Assembly (NCBI GenBank): GCA_002269645.1
Contig: NIVC01003602.1
Span: 1 to 64,000, forward strand
DNA length: 64,000 bases
DNA from: Macrostomum lignano
Lineage: Eukaryota
Reading direction: 5' to 3'
Shown here: positions 61,966 to 64,000 of the stretch, piece by piece
Layout: every line of letters begins with the position of its first letter
Position numbering within the stretch: position 1 is the first letter of the stretch
Notes under the pieces: model-generated
The model's input: only the letters and a program-made list of their open reading frames with translations
Told to the model about the DNA's origin: nothing
Databases searched by the model: none
Translations under genes and position numbers: made by a program

Positions 61966-62088
61966 CAATTAAACTAGTTGAAGGCGCATTAACAGCAAGT
62001 CCTGTCGATGCTGCACTGTGTGGTTCACTGGTTACCAATGGAGGCAGGGCAACTGTGGTAGCCCAAGGGTCGCCGAATCCCAGGCCCG
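61966..62088 (-). CDS. Epsin-like exon (SGLGFGDPWATTVALPPLVTSEPHSAASTGLAVNAPSTSLI)
   Basis: Acceptor TATTTCTCAG at 62089 and donor G|GTGAGA, phases 1/1; DPW motif. Confidence 0.7.
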
Positions 62089-62199
62089 CTGAGAAATATA
62101 AACAGATAATGTTTCGTATGACAAGTGCATTCTACATATCGGAAACAAAAAAGGCCGTTCACCTATGAAAAATCGACCAACCTTAAACATACTACTTAC

Positions 62200-62250
62200 A
62201 TGTCCCAATTTGCGCACCGAACGGACTCGAGTCCCACGGCTCGAATGAGT
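62200..62250 (-). CDS. Epsin-like exon (DSFEPWDSSPFGAQIGT)
   Basis: Acceptor TCTTCAAATTGCAG at 62251 and donor T|GTAAGT, phases 1/1; EPW motif. Confidence 0.68.
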
Positions 62251-62394
62251 CTGCAATTTGAAGACAGAATGGACTAGTGGACAATTCAAATCGTTTAAGG
62301 CATTAAATTATATAAATTATCATAAGGCGATTAAAGCATAATCAATGTCCGCGGCTTTGATAAAAAAATTGGCTCTCTAGACTTTAAGAATACT

Positions 62395-63185
62395 GGCGCC
62401 ACTTTGATGGCACTAGCGCAACTTTGATGACACTGGAGCCACTTTGATGCACTAGCGCCCCTTTTAAGACACTAGCGCCACTTTCGAAGACACTAGTGCC
62501 ATTTTTGAAAACACTAGCGCCAATTTTAAGACACTAGCGCCATTTTTGAAGACACTAGCGCCATTTTTAAAGACATTAGCGCCATTTTTGAAGACACTAG
62601 CGCCATTTTTAAGACATTAGCGCCATTTTTGAAGACATTAGCACCATTTTTGTAAACACTAGCGCCATTTTTTAAGACATTAGCACCATTTTTAAAGACA
62701 CTAGCGCCATTTTTGAAGACACTAGCGCCATTTTTTTAGACATTAGCGCCATTTTTGAAGACACTAGCGCCATTTTTGAAGACACTAGCGCCATTTTTAA
62801 GACATTAGCGCCATTTTTAAAGACATTAGCGCCATTTTTGAAGACACTAGCGCCATTTTTGAAGACACTAGCGCCATTTTTCAGACATTAGCGCCATTTT
62901 TCAAGACATTAGCGCCATTTTTAAAGACATTAGCGCCATTTTTGAAGACATTAGCACCATTTTTGAAGACACTAGCGCCATTTTTGAAGACACTAGCGCC
63001 ATTTTTAAAGACATTAGCACAATTTTTAAGAAACTAGCGCCATTTTTGAAGACACTAGCGCCAGTTTTGAAGACACTAGCGCCATTTTTTGAAGACACTA
63101 TCGCCATTTCTAAGAAACTAGCGCCATTTTTAAAGACACTAGCGCCATTTTTGAAGACATTAGCGCCATTTTTGAAAACACTAGC
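62395..63185. repeat. 21-bp minisatellite (ACTAGCGCCATTTTTGAAGAC)n
   Basis: Tandem copies, degenerate at the left end; fills an epsin intron. Confidence 0.95.
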
Positions 63186-63209
63186 CACTGAAAATGCCTA
63201 GCAACTCAC

Positions 63210-63384
63210 CAGCGCACAAATCTGGAGGCTCTGGTGGCAATTCAGCGGTGTCGCAGTCAGGTCTGGAAGTGGCACCAACATTAGAGGCTGAGCCGATGCC
63301 CTCGAAGGCTGATGCTGACCAAGGATCTGGCGCGTTGGCTGGCGCGGCCGAGAGCGACACGTCGATTTGGCTCAGGTAGTCCAC
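63210..63384 (-). CDS. Epsin-like exon (VDYLSQIDVSLSAAPANAPDPWSASAFEG...PPDLCA)
   Basis: Acceptor AATTAACCAG at 63385 and donor G|GTGAGT, phases 0/1; DPW motif after a clathrin-box-like segment. Confidence 0.72.
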
Positions 63385-63620
63385 CTGGTTAATTGACATT
63401 TTAATAAGCGAGACATGCTACTTATTAGTAATATTAATTTAACGAAGTTTTTAGTAAATAACACAAAAAACATGTTTACACACATTGAAATGTGTTAGAA
63501 AAGTCTACAAGTAACTTAAACGCGCCCTAGACGCTAAAAGTTGCGCTTCATTAGCCCTACAATAAGCGAGCAAAACTAGTGAGAAAAAATGGCAACCATA
63601 TAATAAAACCATAAGCTTAC

Positions 63621-63668
63621 ATCTTGCTGCTGCTGTTTTGTGTTGGAATTTTCGCCTCTTTCGCGTCT
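63621..63668 (-). CDS. Epsin-like exon (RRERGENSNTKQQQQD); upstream ENTH/UIM exons would lie beyond the window
   Basis: Acceptor ATTATTTCAG at 63669 and donor GAT|GTAAGC, phases 0/0; resembles the post-UIM KRETGGKEESS linker of epsin 1. Confidence 0.6.
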
Positions 63669-64000
63669 CTGAAATAATTTACCAAAGAAATTTATTCTAT
63701 ATTAAGCCAAATTAAAGTCACTCTGATTAAACAAATTCACACAGGCGACAATTAATTGAAAACAGCAAATCATGAACAAAATATTGACAATATGAATTAT
63801 AACACCCTGAAATAGACAAGACATGCGTACAAGTGATACAGAAATTCAGATTATTATATCCAATACAAAATTTGTTGTACAGAATAACATCTACAACTTG
63901 CATGCAAGTGGCAGGAGTCTTATCAATAAATTATCCAGTGCAAATTTTCAGTGCAGCAACCAACAGTGAAAAATGCTTTATGCAGGATGACAATTGCGAA

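Overview
Eukaryotic (animal) genomic DNA, very rich in mini- and microsatellites, with GT-AG introns and poly-Q/poly-A coding tracts. The overall style suggests a free-living flatworm such as Macrostomum, but this is an inference I cannot verify. Five protein-coding genes can be rebuilt by hand: (1) a group II-like metabotropic glutamate receptor (minus strand, 23765 to about 4989, five coding exons, two possible C-tails); (2) a very Ala/Leu/Gly-rich MATE/SLC47-like transporter (plus strand, 28058-30868, three exons); (3) axonemal dynein intermediate chain DNAI2 (minus strand, 37528-33036, five exons); (4) a SAMD1-like chromatin protein with winged helix 1, winged helix 2, double PHD and SAM domains (minus strand, 46262-43461); (5) the 3' half of an epsin-like gene (minus strand, 63668-58586, five small exons, largely invisible in the ORF track). 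Genes 1, 3 and 4 each need one extra base to read through, which most likely reflects assembly deletion errors. Mobile DNA includes a decayed Ty3/Gypsy pol, several hAT-type MITEs, a foldback element, a tRNA-derived SINE family whose tails abut giant tetranucleotide arrays, and an unusual TG..CA element with a 5-bp TSD and an internal tRNA-Lys-like PBS. The most novel-looking items are the SAMD1/KAT6 hybrid domain architecture, the PBS-bearing TG..CA element, and the head-to-head SINE pair with inverted (TTAG)n/(CTAA)n tails inside the epsin last intron. All domain calls are from motif recall, not database searches.
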